Position numbers and translations under genes: made by a program
The notes under the pieces: model-generated
Database searches by the model: none
The model's input: the letters and a program-made list of their open reading frames with translations, nothing else
Told to the model about the DNA's origin: nothing
Part shown: positions 1-11,214 of the stretch, in pieces
Layout: every line of letters starts with the position of its first letter
How positions within the stretch are numbered: position 1 is the stretch's first letter
From: Eledone cirrhosa
Lineage: Eukaryota
NCBI GenBank assembly: GCA_964016885.1
Contig: OZ024740.1
Location: 125,116,001-125,180,000 of the forward strand
Direction: 5' to 3'
DNA: 64,000 bases

Positions 1-727
1 TCTAATGTTATGGGGTCTAGAATATGAGACAATGTCTGATTGTAGAGAAGGTATGATGGTGAATCTGAGATAAAGAAACATGTCTTATGAAATGAACAAG
101 CAATATATATATTTCTAAAACACAGAAACATAACCGACTGATATGGAACCAGAATTTAGAGACATTTTGCAATATCACAACGCCAGAAATAATAAAATAA
201 AGTGTTAGTCAATTCCTCTATCCCATTCTCTCAGAATCAGCATATAACATAAGTTCCACAAGAATATCATTAAAAGCAATTCACACTTTTAATAGTTAGA
301 TTTGATAGGAAAAATTGAAATGCTTACATATAGACCCCATAAATTAAATGACAATTATGTTTAAAATAAAGATATTGATTGCAGACTACAAAGATTCTAA
401 ATATTAAACAGATCTTACTGAAAATGCTTTCAGATTGAGATATTATCAACAATTGTATTCCTCCAGAATTGAACAAATAAGAAATACAACCACACTCTTG
501 AAATAATTTGAAGTGTAAAGGACAGTAGCATTGATAATTTACAAATCAACAGACCAAACATTGAAACATCACCCTCAATGCATAAACAGTGTCTTTTCTA
601 CATATCTAGGAAATATAAATTATTGATAATTATAGAGGAAAACTCAGAGCTGGAATCAGTTCCTTTTTGCATCCATAAGAAAAGTGCCTTTTATGAATTT
701 TCATTCTATTAACCAGATAAATAGCAC

Positions 728-783
728 AATATTCAGTTATCATTACTCATATGTCAATATTCAGTTATCATTAGTCATATGTC
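728..783. repeat. 28-bp tandem duplication
   Basis: aatattcagttatcatta(c/g)tcatatgtc occurs twice back to back with one mismatch. Confidence 0.85.
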
Positions 784-2299
784 AAACTTTTACAGGGCAT
801 ATTAGTTACCATGTCAACTTACTTTCACATAGGATTTAAATGCAAAAAGAAGAAAAAATATAGATTGTCCATAGATGGTTAATACACTAATGAACCTTTT
901 ATTAAAAAAAATATTGCTGGAAGACTTTCATACCAGTTGAGGGCAATATTGTTGTATTTTAACACAAAGGGAAGTAACTCCGAGTGAGTCATAGTTGTAG
1001 TGTTGGCAGCAGTGATGACATTGTTGACATCTCACCACCAGCATGAATACCAATGCTAATTTTCAAAACTTAAGAAAGCATTTAGATATGAGTTTGAAAG
1101 AAGAGGCAATAGAAAGATGTTCTAGCTAGGTCCTGTCAACAAAATCTCTGAACAGTTTAAATACACAAGTCACTGATATCCAAATGGCTAACTGTCAGCA
1201 GAAGTGCCCCCAGGAGTCATGATCTGAATGTGACCAAGCCCCCTTAGAGTGTAAGAAGTGAAGGGCTTAAACATTTGCTTGAGAATGGTTTTTTTCTTTA
1301 AGACCTTCTGCTGTCCAGCCCTCCAGAAATTTTCTTACCACCAAGGAACCCACATTCAACCTTAGACATAATTGACACTTCAGAAGTTTTTGATTACCAA
1401 AGTTGTTTCATACACTATTGATAAGTGAAGAGAATGCTGGACTCTTATGATTACACATAATTCCAGTTTCAATAATTAACATAACACTATAAGACAATTT
1501 TATAATATTCAATATTACAATAATCACCCTACAGAAAAATAAATAGCATTTAATAGAAATATCAAGAAGTGAGTAATTCAGAGTATAAGTTAAAACCTAT
1601 AAATTACCAACACAAAATCAAACAAAAAATAGTATTCATTGTTTATCTTTAGAACATATCATAATCATACAAATATGCAGGCATTCAGTTTTGATCTGTT
1701 ATGATTATTTGTTGCAATTGAATCAGAGTGATGAATTGATGTTTTCAACATGTTTCCAAAATTTTGATTTCATCATTATTCTAGAAATATTATCTGAAAG
1801 AACAGCAAATCCAAAGCTTTGTACATTTTATCAGAGTTATCTTCAGTATTGGATGCAGCGGGCTTCAGATAAATTGTATGCTGAAACTTTATCATGCTCC
1901 CATGTTATAAATCAAATTATGATGTGGCAGTATAAGTGTATTTTAATCACTACCATATTTTTTAACTAAAGGATCATTTCTAAAAGGTGAACATTATTTT
2001 TGAATGTAATCAATTCTTCTAGTAGTGCAAGTGTTGAACAATATGTGAAGTTAAACATTAAATTTTGAGGTAATTGAAGCTTTAAAAAATACTGATTTAC
2101 TATTCTTTAAAACAAGTGAGTTATTTAACCCATTATTTAATCAACCCCGTTATTTGCATAAGTATCTAAGTAATCTTCCATATCACTTCATTGTATCATT
2201 CATTTTGTTCATTTGATCACAGCAAAGAGTTGTACTAGTCCTAAGAATATTCCTTTTACTTAAAATTTTAAGCTTTTCTACTGAGTACTGCAGTTACTT

Positions 2300-3100
2300 T
2301 GAACATAGCTTGGTTCAAACAAAATGAATAATGAAGCATTGAATGCTTCCTTGAGAAGTTGCTTTTCTTAAAGCAAATGTGAAACAGTAAAGCATAAACG
2401 TAAGTAATATTGACTATATGAGTTATTCATATAAGTTTTGGTGCTACAATATCAGGTGGATATAGTTTCATTGTTTATATACGTTGTCCAGCTGCAATTC
2501 TGAAGGACTTAGAGTAAGCAAATATTCACCATTATGCAGCTTCGTTAATGATATTATTAAATTTTGGATCAAATTGTGCAGCTGAAACAGTCAAAGGTGA
2601 ATGTTTACCTTTAAATTCAATCTGATGTAACCAACATTCTGATAATAGAGATATTCCTTATACAGCAGTGTCAAATATTCAGCAGACAACAAAACCCAAT
2701 TGCTTACTAACTAGCATTTGCTTATTCCAATGTTTAGAATAATCTTTCCAATGAAGTTGAGCTTGTTTCCAGACTGCACCTTTTAGATGACTTCTAGTAT
2801 GATTTATGAAACAAATTTCTTTTTCACAATCTCTTCACAAATCAATTGCATTTTACTACCATAATCAACAAGCCCCTGTTTCCTCTAACCATTTACAGTG
2901 TTTGATAAATTGATACTGTTGGCCCTACATTGAAGATTCTCTAATCATTTTACAATCTTTTACCAACAGCAAAACAAGCTTTACAGCTATGTAAAGTCTT
3001 TTTTTGATCCACACCAAAAATAATTCTAGCTGTAATGGATGTTGATTTCCCCACTGCAGCAATTTTGACTGGGATGTCTATGTCTCCCCTCTCCTTTGCT
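2300..3100 (-). pseudogene. Possible very old Mutator-like (MULE) transposase remnant
   Basis: Manual minus-strand translation across stops and frameshifts gives LHSCKAC...CEKEICFINHTRSHLKGAVW...CWLHQ...WTTYINNETIST*YCSTKTY...YYLRLCFTVSH. The order loosely resembles the CxxC, EC.NH and T.N.NES...PK...R..AV motifs of Mutator-like transposases. Weak match only. Confidence 0.25.
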
Positions 3101-3457
3101 TTTGTTGCTTAATTCTTTTTTCTTTTTCTTTTTTTTTGTTCCTTTTCATAGTTTGTTTTATATAAAAAGCTTTGTAAAATAAACTCAAGGTGTAAAATTT
3201 ATTCATGTATGAACATAAATAAATATTATCAGCTTTTGTTTCCTAATTTCCTCCTTTACATTTAAAACCTCTTCACTTTTACTGCATAAAAACACTTCAT
3301 ATATATCATTCTCTCTACCCTGCTCTCCTCACCTCTTCAGTCAAGTGGCCTAGTGATTAATGTTGCTCTCATCATTGTAAGTTTGATTCTTAGATTCAAG
3401 ACAAGATTCAGGTTTTGTCCAACCCATGGAAACATGGAGAAACAGATGTAAAATAAT

Positions 3458-3643
3458 TAATTGTTTCTACTTTTAGCACAAGGCCAGCAATTATCCCAGT
3501 GTATTGCTGGTACTTTATTTTATCGACCCCCGTAAGGATGAAAGGCAAAGTTAACCTCGGCGGGATTTGAACTCAGTCCATAAAGGGACGTCACTCTGCT
3601 GCAAAGCATGGCGTCCGACCCTCTACCGATACTGCCAATCCAC
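3458..3643 (-). mobile_element. tRNA-derived SINE, family A
   Basis: Minus strand reads gtggattggcagtatcggtagagggtcggacgcc (A-box-like), gagttcaaatcc (B box), gaggttaactttgcctttcatccttacgggggtcgataaaataaagtacc (conserved core), then an AAT-rich tail. More than ten related copies are in this window. Confidence 0.85.
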
Positions 3644-3889
3644 ATGCATGCATGCATATTTAAGATTTAAGTATCATGTTACATAGTTTCTACAATTTAA
3701 ATGCTGGGCCACTCTTTTCTTCCTTTTATTTTTTATCCATTTTCCTCTCTTTCTACATACAACTGATAACTGTTTTTATAAATATTTTAATTATACATAT
3801 CTTGTTCCATATTTCCATTGATTATTTCATCATACTTTATAAATCATGACTTCATAACTTAATTTTAATTATATATATGCATATGTTCA

Positions 3890-4040
3890 CGTGTTGCTGG
3901 TATTCATTTTCAGTTGAGTATACTGGAGCAATATGAAATGCAGTGTTTTGCTCAAGAACACAACACACAACCTAGCCTAGGAATTGAACACACAACATTA
4001 TGATTGTAAGTCCAACATCCTTACCACTAATCCATGTGTC
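3890..4040 (-). mobile_element. tRNA-derived SINE, family B (CORE/V-like central domain)
   Basis: Minus strand: tagtggtaaggatgttggac...tgttcaattcc...gtgttcttgagcaaaacactgcatttcatattgctccagtatactcaactgaaaatgaatacc. Homologous to 24560-24785 and 43555-43825. Confidence 0.75.
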
Positions 4041-4191
4041 CTGTCCAGGCGGAAGTATTGTACACTCAGTCACTTCAGGCCTTGTAACTGGGATAAGCAC
4101 CAGCCTGACAAGCCTCCTGGTTTGAGACAGGATTAGACTAGATTAGATTAGACTCATGTATTCGCACACACATTTATATATGTATATATCA

Positions 4192-4480
4192 ACATCATCA
4201 TTTTACGTCAATTTTTTCTTGTTGGATGGGATATCATAGTACAAGATTAGACAGGATGCAGAATCACGCTTTGCTCATACATGCCATTTTTGGTATGGTT
4301 TCTATGGCTAGATGCCTTTCCTCATACCAACAAATTTAAAGTATACTGGGTCCATTTAATGATAACATTACCACTTCCAGATTTAGAATACTGGGTGCTT
4401 TAATCATGCCACAAGTACTAGCACATTATTGAATGTATTGAATGCATTTTATCATGGTGTCAACACTAGTAAGATTTCAT
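4192..4480 (-). mobile_element. Non-autonomous bipartite RTE derivative (5'UTR repeats joined directly to 3' tail)
   Basis: Minus strand has degenerate copies of the ctagtgctggtggcacgaataaaagcacccag unit seen in the 5'UTR at 11802-12050, then gttggtatgaggaaaggcatctagc, and ends gacgtaaaatgatgatg as the RTE 3' ends do. Confidence 0.6.
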
Positions 4481-4623
4481 TTTGCGAAGATAAAGATGGC
4501 AATTACTTAAAAGGCATAGCAGTAATTCACCTCTTCATACACAGACAAACGTGTGTTTATGTGTGTCTATACTTTTCTTCATCTCTCTCTATATATATAT
4601 AATTTAAATATGATGATTATATA

Positions 4624-5914
4624 CAGTGTGCGGACGATATTTGTTCGCAAGATTACTGTCTAGGAAAAAGTAACACGGTAGTTTATTTTTTAAGAAATAT
4701 TTATCAAACTTGGGTCAGTTTGTCTTCATGACTTGTTATTTCGATCTCACTCGACAAACCCGTTATTGGCTTTAATGAGGGCCTCAAGGCGGCCTCGGAA
4801 CCGGCTACAGGCCTTCGTCACTGTACCCCGACTTAGGCCTCTAAAGACACCTGTGATCCTGGCCTTCAGATCATCTTTCGTATTGCAGCTAGATCTGTTA
4901 GTGTCTCGTATCAATGCGCCCCACACAACGAAGTCGAGGGGGTTGCAGTCAGGCGAGCTGGGAGGCCAGATGTCAGGTGAAGTGTGGTCGACGAAGTTCT
5001 CTGACTGCCAGGCTTGGGTCTTTCGGCTGGTATGGCAGGGCGCTGAGTCTTGCTGCCACACGTACGGCCTACCTGCAGCTACCTGGTGGATTCAGGGCTT
5101 TACTACCTCGCTCAGAACGCGGATGTAGCCATCGGTGTTCAGCTTAAAGCCCTCGGGGAAGAAGTGAGGTGGCATGACGTCACCTTGACTGCTGACGACA
5201 CCTAAGACCAATGTTGTCGCTGGAAACTTTGTTTGCACGTCTTTGGATGAGACAGCGAGCCACCTGTTGTTCTGGGAGTTGATCTTCTGGTCGTGGCAGA
5301 AGTTTTTCTCGTCGAAGAAAAACCACAGCATGTCTGGCTCCAGTGGGTGTTGCAACTTGTTGATCAGCTTCTTTGCGTGCTTCAGTCGCTTTCCTTGCAT
5401 CGCCTTCGACAGAAATTGTCCTTTCCTCATCTTGTATGAAACGTAGCGAATGTCTTCATGTACCACCAGCCTAATGAGCTTTTCATCCACGCCTTTCTCC
5501 CTTGCAATGGCAAGCATCGACTTGCTAGGTTCATTGTTGATGATATCCTGAACTTCAGCGACAAACTCGGGCGTTCTGAAGGCGTCAGATCGTCGATCAT
5601 GTGTTTTCATCTCTGATGTTGCTTCGTAGTCGAATGCTGAATCTTCCAATTCCTTTCTGACCTTTTCCACCATTCTCCTGCTGACGCTGAGAAAGTCTGA
5701 AATTTCCTTATTTGTCCTCCCGGCGCGGATTCCAAGAACTCCGTGTCTCTTCCACAAATTTGGAGGTTTAAAATTATTCATAATCAATTATTCTGAAAAC
5801 AAATAATGGAAATATAGTGACTGTTTTTATGAAGACAAGAGTGACAATGGAACTAAAAAAGAATTTGCATAAAATTAGCAGTTGAAAATTGCGAACAAAT
5901 ATCGTCCACACCCT
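4624..5914 (-). mobile_element. Tc1/mariner DNA transposon, DD37D (maT) family, near full length
   Basis: TIRs cagtgtgcggacgatatttgttcgcaa (4624-4650, preceded by TA) and ttgcgaacaaatatcgtccacaccct (5889-5914) enclose a transposase frame. Confidence 0.95.
4747..5787 (-). pseudogene. DD37D transposase interrupted by one in-frame stop
   Basis: ORFs 5092..5787 and 4747..5061 are in the same frame, separated by a TGA where W is expected (VVKP*IHQVAAGRPYVWQQD). Catalytic motifs are FFDEKNF, QQDSAPCH and WPPSSPDCNPLD, with 37 residues between the 2nd and 3rd Asp. Confidence 0.93.
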
Positions 5915-6142
5915 CAATCATCATATTTAAATTCGTTTTTATTTGCTGGGATGTGTTAAACAAACTTCTTTTTAAGCAGAATTCTACAGACAGATGCGCT
6001 TCCTGAGTACAGGTCTTGATTGACATCCTTTTTCTTAAGTAAGGTACGTATGTATCTTTGCATGTCTAATTCTTGAGCCATGGGACTTTAGGATATATAG
6101 GACAGACACACATAATCATATACACATATACACACTGTATTT

Positions 6143-6146
<4 letters not shown>

Positions 6147-6199
<53 letters not shown>
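6147..6199. repeat. (TA)n microsatellite
   Basis: Pure TA run. Similar runs lie at about 9149-9202, 9719-9740, 10823-10854, 11170-11211, 15699-15753, 16218-16233 and 16427-16449. Confidence 0.95.
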
Positions 6200-6203
<4 letters not shown>

Positions 6204-6207
6204 CAAG

Positions 6208-7380
6208 CAGGGTGTGGATGGTATTTGTTCGCAATTTTCAACTGCTAATTTTATGCATAATTTTTTAACTTTCTTTGTTAGTCTTTTTTTTTTGCTTGAA
6301 AACAATAATCATTTTTGCATTCGTTTCTTGCCGAGTAGTTGATTATGGACAACTTTGTGTAACCCCACCCACACGTGTGAAAGAGACATGAAGTTCTTCT
6401 TGGAATCTGTGCCTGAAAGACAAACAAGGAGATTTCAAACGTTCTCAGCATCAGCAGAAGGATGGTGGAAAATTTCAGAAAGAAGCTGAAAGATTCAGGA
6501 TTCAAGTATGAGATGACAGCAGAGAAAATAATCCATGATCAATGATCTGACAACATCAGAGTCCTAGAGTTCGTCAGTGAAGTCCATGGGATTATCATCA
6601 ACGTTTCCAGCAAGTCGATGTGGTTCATTGCAAGGAAGAAATTTGTGGAGGAAGAGCTGATCAGACCGGTGGGGCATGAGGCAATTTGATCAGACTGGTG
6701 GTGCATGAGGCAATTTGATCAGACTGGTGGTGCATGAGGCAATTTGCTACTTTTCATACAAAATGAGGTAGGGACAAATTCTGTCCAAGGCAATGCAGGA
6801 AAAGTGACTCAAGCACACTGAGAATCAGAGAAACAAGTTGAAATACCCACTGGGAGCATATGTCCAGAGTCATGCAGACGAAGTTTCCAGCAACAATCAT
6901 GATCTTCAGTGTTATCAGCAATGAATGTGTTGCCGCCCCACTTCTTCCCTGAAGGTCTCTGGCTGAACACTGATGGCTACATCCTTGTACTAAGAAAGAT
7001 GGTGAAGTCATGAATCAACTAGATAGATGTAGGGAGGCCATACATGTGGCAGCAAGACTTGGCTGCCGACCAGAAGACTCAGGCCTGGCTGTTAGAGAAT
7101 ATCTTCAACTATATTGCACCTGACATTTGGGCTCCCAACTCAACTGAATTCAGTCTTCTTGACTTCTTTGTGTGGGGCATGGTGAAATGAGAGACCAATA
7201 AATCCAGCTACAACACAAAGGATAAGCTTGGTGCCAGGATTACTAGAGTCTCCAGGGGCCTAAGTCAGGAAACAGAGAAGAAGACCTGTGGTGAAACGGG
7301 AGACCAACAGATCCAGCTGCAACACAAAGGATGAGCTGAGTTCCAGGATTACCAGAGTCTTCAGGGGCCTAAGTCAGGAG
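6208..7380 (+). mobile_element. Degenerate second copy of the DD37D transposon, 3' end missing
   Basis: Starts with TIR cagggtgtggatggtatttgttcgcaa and is colinear with the 4624-5914 element (e.g. gggaggccatacatgtggcagcaagac = GRPYMWQQD). It has many stops, an internal deletion, a 29-bp triplication at about 6659-6748 and a ~100-bp duplication at about 7183-7380. Confidence 0.9.
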
Positions 7381-7440
7381 ATAGCTCTGAACAGTTTGGA
7401 TCTAGCTGTTGAAACGGCTGGAGTTCAGGCATATATATAT

Positions 7441-7890
7441 AAGCAAAGAGATATTTAATTTGTTGATTATTCAACAAATTTATTTATAACAGATTCGAAG
7501 CACTCTACAGTTATTTCTGGAGTATAATATCAATGATATTCATAAATGGAAACTATATTTATAAAACCATATTTATTTTATTATATATATTTCAAGGGTA
7601 ACAAAATTTTGGTACGCTCTCATCAGATAAAATACAAAATTTGTTTTATAAATGGAGACATACCCAAGAAACCAGACCTTATCGGTTCAGGTTCGGTTTG
7701 GATAGTGAAAGAAAAATTTCAAATATTTAGGATGAATATGTAAATGAGGTTGAAGCGTAAGGCTGAAAAAAGACCGTTATATTTAGACGCTAGGTAAATT
7801 TAAATAATTATTAGGATAATTCATAAATGGAAGAAGGAAGAAAACAGGGAGGCTAATATTAATATTAGCGTTTAAGAAAATTTAAGGAAT
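7441..7890 (-). mobile_element. Penelope-like element 3' end (pLTR plus tail), family P1
   Basis: Homologous in inverted orientation to 10490-10823 and to 15755-15990. Carries a hammerhead motif and a GAGTGCT tail, and ends at (TA)n. Confidence 0.75.
7574..7634 (-). ncRNA. Type I minimal hammerhead ribozyme
   Basis: Minus strand: tattttat-CTGATGA-gagcgtaccaaaattttgttaccctt-GAAA-tatata-TA-ataaaata. Stem I is a perfect 8 bp, stem II is imperfect, and stem III is short and palindromic. Confidence 0.8.
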
Positions 7891-7902
7891 TTACATGCAT
7901 AC

Positions 7903-8151
7903 CCATTCTTTTCGTTACCCTCTAAGAAGCAATATGATGTCACTTTCAGCTTATATCTGGAGATCCTAGCTAGGGCTAGATCGTATAACGGAAATAAAAG
8001 ACCATGTGACCTCTGCGCCGCTGAGGCCCTGGAAATACTCTACGCCACAGACCACATCTTAAACAAAAAATCTGAGGCAATTTCGGCTTGTAAACATAAA
8101 TTGCACAAAACTTTCCTGTATTACAGCCCCACGTTATACCCCAAAGGATAG
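7903..8151 (+). pseudogene. C-terminus of a Penelope-like (Neptune-type) GIY-YIG endonuclease
   Basis: Translates HSFRYPLRSNMMSLSAYIW / EILARARSYNGNKRPCDLCAAEALEILYATDHILNKKSEAISACKHKLHKTFL. This matches the LS.YIW, C.LC..E, LNK.SE and C.H motifs typical of PLE endonuclease ends. Confidence 0.8.
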
Positions 8152-9077
8152 CACGATCTATACGTGGATATTTTACGTCTTGATGTGGGAGCTAAGTATA
8201 TGTTTTGTTTATTCCTTTACTTATTTGCATAGGTAAGTATATATTACCCGTATGTTTTGTGAAGGTATGTATACCTTCTTGTACGTATACTTGACTGTTA
8301 TGGCGTATAATTTTTACATATACTGGTATTTAGGGTTTGGCTATGTGTATACGGGAGTTTTGCGTCTGCGTGAGTATGCAGGTTCGTACGTATGGTGGGT
8401 GTGTGTATATGTGTACTTCTTGTTTTAGTTGACTTACGTCTCCGAACATTCGTGTATTTATATGTAGGTATGCGTGTGCGCTTGTTATATACGTATTTAT
8501 TTACTTATATACGTTTATATAATTATTTATTTATTTGTACACAAGCATACACACACACACATATTTATATGTGCGTGGTTTTGTATACCTATGGTAAGTT
8601 TTGCGTATGCTTGTGTATGTACGTATCTGTTTGCGTGTATGTATTTATTTGTTTCTATTACTTCTAATTGTATTTATTTACTTTGTTCTTAACTCTGTAG
8701 CGGAGATTCATTTGGTCTCCTAGTTAGAATTTTAGTCTACGACTTCTGCTATACCATTTACGTGGTTTTGTCTTTGCGTGCTATTGTTCTCCACGCTCCA
8801 CATATAACTTATTATCTTCGTTTTTTCGTTCATTGCCAGAGAACTTCTCTATGCACCACCTAAGAGAACATTAGTCTACGACCTCTTTTATACCATAAAC
8901 GTGGTTCTGTCTTTGCGCGTAATTGTTTTTCACCGCTCCTATTAATGACGTATTATTCATTTTTTCCCGTTCTTTGCCAGCGAACGTTACCACGAACCAA
9001 AGTATCGTCTTCCTGTCTTCCTCCGGTTGCAACGTTTTTTTAAATATCCAGTTCTGCGTTTACAGATTGACTTTGTT

Positions 9078-9128
9078 AGTTTCAGAAGATCCCGTTAAGG
9101 GTGAAAGCAGCGATTCTTTGCTTAAACT
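9078..9128 (+). ncRNA. Degenerate type I hammerhead (core U4 changed to A)
   Basis: agttt-CAGAAGA-tcccgttaagggt-GAAA-gca-gcgattctt-tgc-TT-aaact. All three stems can form, but the core reads CAGAAGA instead of CUGANGA. Confidence 0.6.
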
Positions 9129-9144
9129 TTAATCTGTTATTTTA

Positions 9145-9208
<64 letters not shown>

Positions 9209-9248
9209 GATAAATAAGTCAAATGTTTAACATTTGGCTTCGTTTATT

Positions 9249-9303
9249 ACTGCCATATATATTTCGGTGTCAGCCATCTTTGACTGTGACCTCTTCAGGC
9301 AGT
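9249..9303 (-). ncRNA. Hammerhead copy in the inverted arm, cleavage site mutated
   Basis: actgc-CTGAAGA-ggtcacagtcaaagatggctgacacc-GAAA-tatata-TG-gcagt. G at position 17 violates the NUH rule. Confidence 0.7.
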
Positions 9304-9523
9304 CCGAATTAGTGTGGCAGAGACGAGTACATATGTTGTTGAGGTGTTTAACTTTGTCAATACTCTGATATGCCCAGTTCCTCGTTGGGTTGTTATTTCA
9401 CTTAGGAACTGGGATCATTTCCTCAGTGAAATAACAACCCAAGCAGGAACTGGGCATATCAGAGTATTAACAAAGTTAAACACCTCAACAACATGTGTAC
9501 TCGTCTCTACCACACTAATTCGG

Positions 9524-9578
9524 ACTGCCTGAAGAGGTCACAGCCAAAGATGGCTGTCACCGAAATATATATAGCAGT
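9524..9578 (+). ncRNA. Type I minimal hammerhead ribozyme
   Basis: actgc-CTGAAGA-ggtcacagcca-aaga-tggctgtcacc-GAAA-tatata-TA-gcagt. Stem I 5 bp, stem II 10 of 11 bp, palindromic stem III, predicted cleavage after 9573. Confidence 0.88.
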
Positions 9579-9769
9579 AATAAACGAAGCCAAATTTTAA
9601 ACATTTGACTTATTTATCTTATTTTACATTACTCCGGAGTAACCAAACCAACCTGCACACTTCGTCGAGTGCTCCAATCTGCATTCCGAGGTGTTGGTAT
9701 ACAACCAACATATACTCAATATATATATATATATATATATAAATATGCGTGTGTGTGTGTGTATATTTT

Positions 9770-10815
9770 TTACATATATCTTGATTGGAATATTATTTTA
9801 AAGTAAATTCTAGAATTAATCGGAAAATATAAATATTTTAACTAAGAAATATTGGAGTTATCTTTTCCTTTATAATGTAACGAGCTTACACATTTCTTCT
9901 AAGTAACAACTTTACATAAATATTAAAATTTTGTTGTATAATTTTCGTTAACTTCGTAAATTGTAAATGTATTCCTATCTTGATGCAAATATTGAATGCA
10001 CAAAATAATCTTCTATAATAAAATAGAACTACTTCCTTTTTCTTAAATATATATTGAAAATCTAAACAGGAAATTCATCGTAACTATTCACATATAAAAA
10101 ATATTTAAATTATCTATCTATTAATAAAAACAACATATATACTCACCAAAATTATTTATATATATATTTATATAAATAATCTGTTGTAATATAATATAAT
10201 AAAATATACTTACAACCCTAATTCTTCATAAAATATACTTATAAATATTATCTCTATAATACTAAAACTCAATATTATAATAGACCCAATAATTAGTAGT
10301 ATCACTCATTTTTTAAAAATTGATACTCTACCACTTTAACACATTTATAATTCTCATATTATATTATAAATACTACCAAATATAATTATTTCACTCTCTT
10401 TACACCATAACTAATACGATCCATACATTTATATATTAATAATAATAGTCTATTTTTAACTATAATATACATTTTTTCTTATATTCTTCCCTTAAATATT
10501 TTTACACCTTAATATTAACCTCTCTCTCTTCTTCCCTTAAAAAATAACACTAATAATTATTTAAATTTACCTACCGTTTAAATATAACGATTTTTTAAAA
10601 CTTTACGTTACCCTCATTAACATATTTATCCTAAGATTTGAATTTCTTTCAAAATTCAAACAGAACTTACAACGATGAGTTCTTGTTCTTGAATATGTCA
10701 CTATCTATAAAACAACTTTTGTATTTTATCTGATGAGTGCGTACCAAAACATGTTGTTACCCTTGAAATAAATATAATAAAATAAATATGGTTTTATAAA
10801 GATAGTTTCCATTTA

Positions 10816-10823
<8 letters not shown>
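9770..10823 (+). mobile_element. Penelope-like element 3' region, family P1 (long AT-rich UTR plus pLTR)
   Basis: 10490-10823 aligns to the reverse complement of 7540-7890, contains a hammerhead and ends at (TA)n. The upstream boundary is uncertain. Confidence 0.65.
10722..10784 (+). ncRNA. Type I minimal hammerhead ribozyme
   Basis: tattttat-CTGATGA-gtgcgtaccaaaacatgttgttaccctt-GAAA-taaata-TA-ataaaata. Confidence 0.75.
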
Positions 10824-10855
<32 letters not shown>

Positions 10856-10856
<1 letters not shown>

Positions 10857-11166
10857 AATGGAAGTTTGTAAAATCGAAGTTTTAGCTGTGAACAAGCTAA
10901 CGATATACAATTAGGAATGTGCAGCAAAGCACTCGATAAGGTTGTGTCACATACGTTAGATAAGCTTGACAAATTGAAAACTGCGACACGTGAGCCCGGC
11001 CACATAAAACCAAAGCAACACAAAATCCAATCAGGTCTTGATAAACAAACCTGGACCATATCGATCAATATTAAGCAATATCTCCGATAGGTTTCTATGA
11101 AACCAAAATCAACAACCCTACTTGCGCCGTATGCAAGTTTGTAGTATTCGATGGCCGAACTGTGGA

Positions 11167-11170
<4 letters not shown>
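10856..11170 (-). mobile_element. Probable further Penelope-like 3' tail between two (TA)n tracts
   Basis: Bounded by TA tracts, with GAGTGCT on the minus strand (10928-10934) at a similar distance from the TA junction as in the other PLE ends. No intact hammerhead. Confidence 0.35.

Positions 11171-11214
<44 letters not shown>

Larger units (their letters stand above)
7900..9148 (+). mobile_element. Penelope-like element 3' fragment, family P2 (EN end, GT-rich UTR, degenerate hammerhead)
   Basis: Endonuclease end, then a UTR with a ~139-bp tandem duplication (tagtctacgac... at 8733 and 8872) and a hammerhead-like motif, ending at (TA)n at 9149. Confidence 0.7.
9203..9718 (+). mobile_element. 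Penelope-like pLTR fold-back element, family P3
   Basis: Inverted repeat 9203-9624 (arms ~206 bp, about 10 mismatches, 10-nt loop) followed by a ~95-bp tail containing GAGTGCT. Flanked on both sides by (TA)n. Confidence 0.8.

Noticed and set aside
4733-5446. Plus-strand ORFs over the transposase, and antisense ORFs over the RTE and Tx1 elements
   Set aside because: They are shadow frames of the transposon coding strand.
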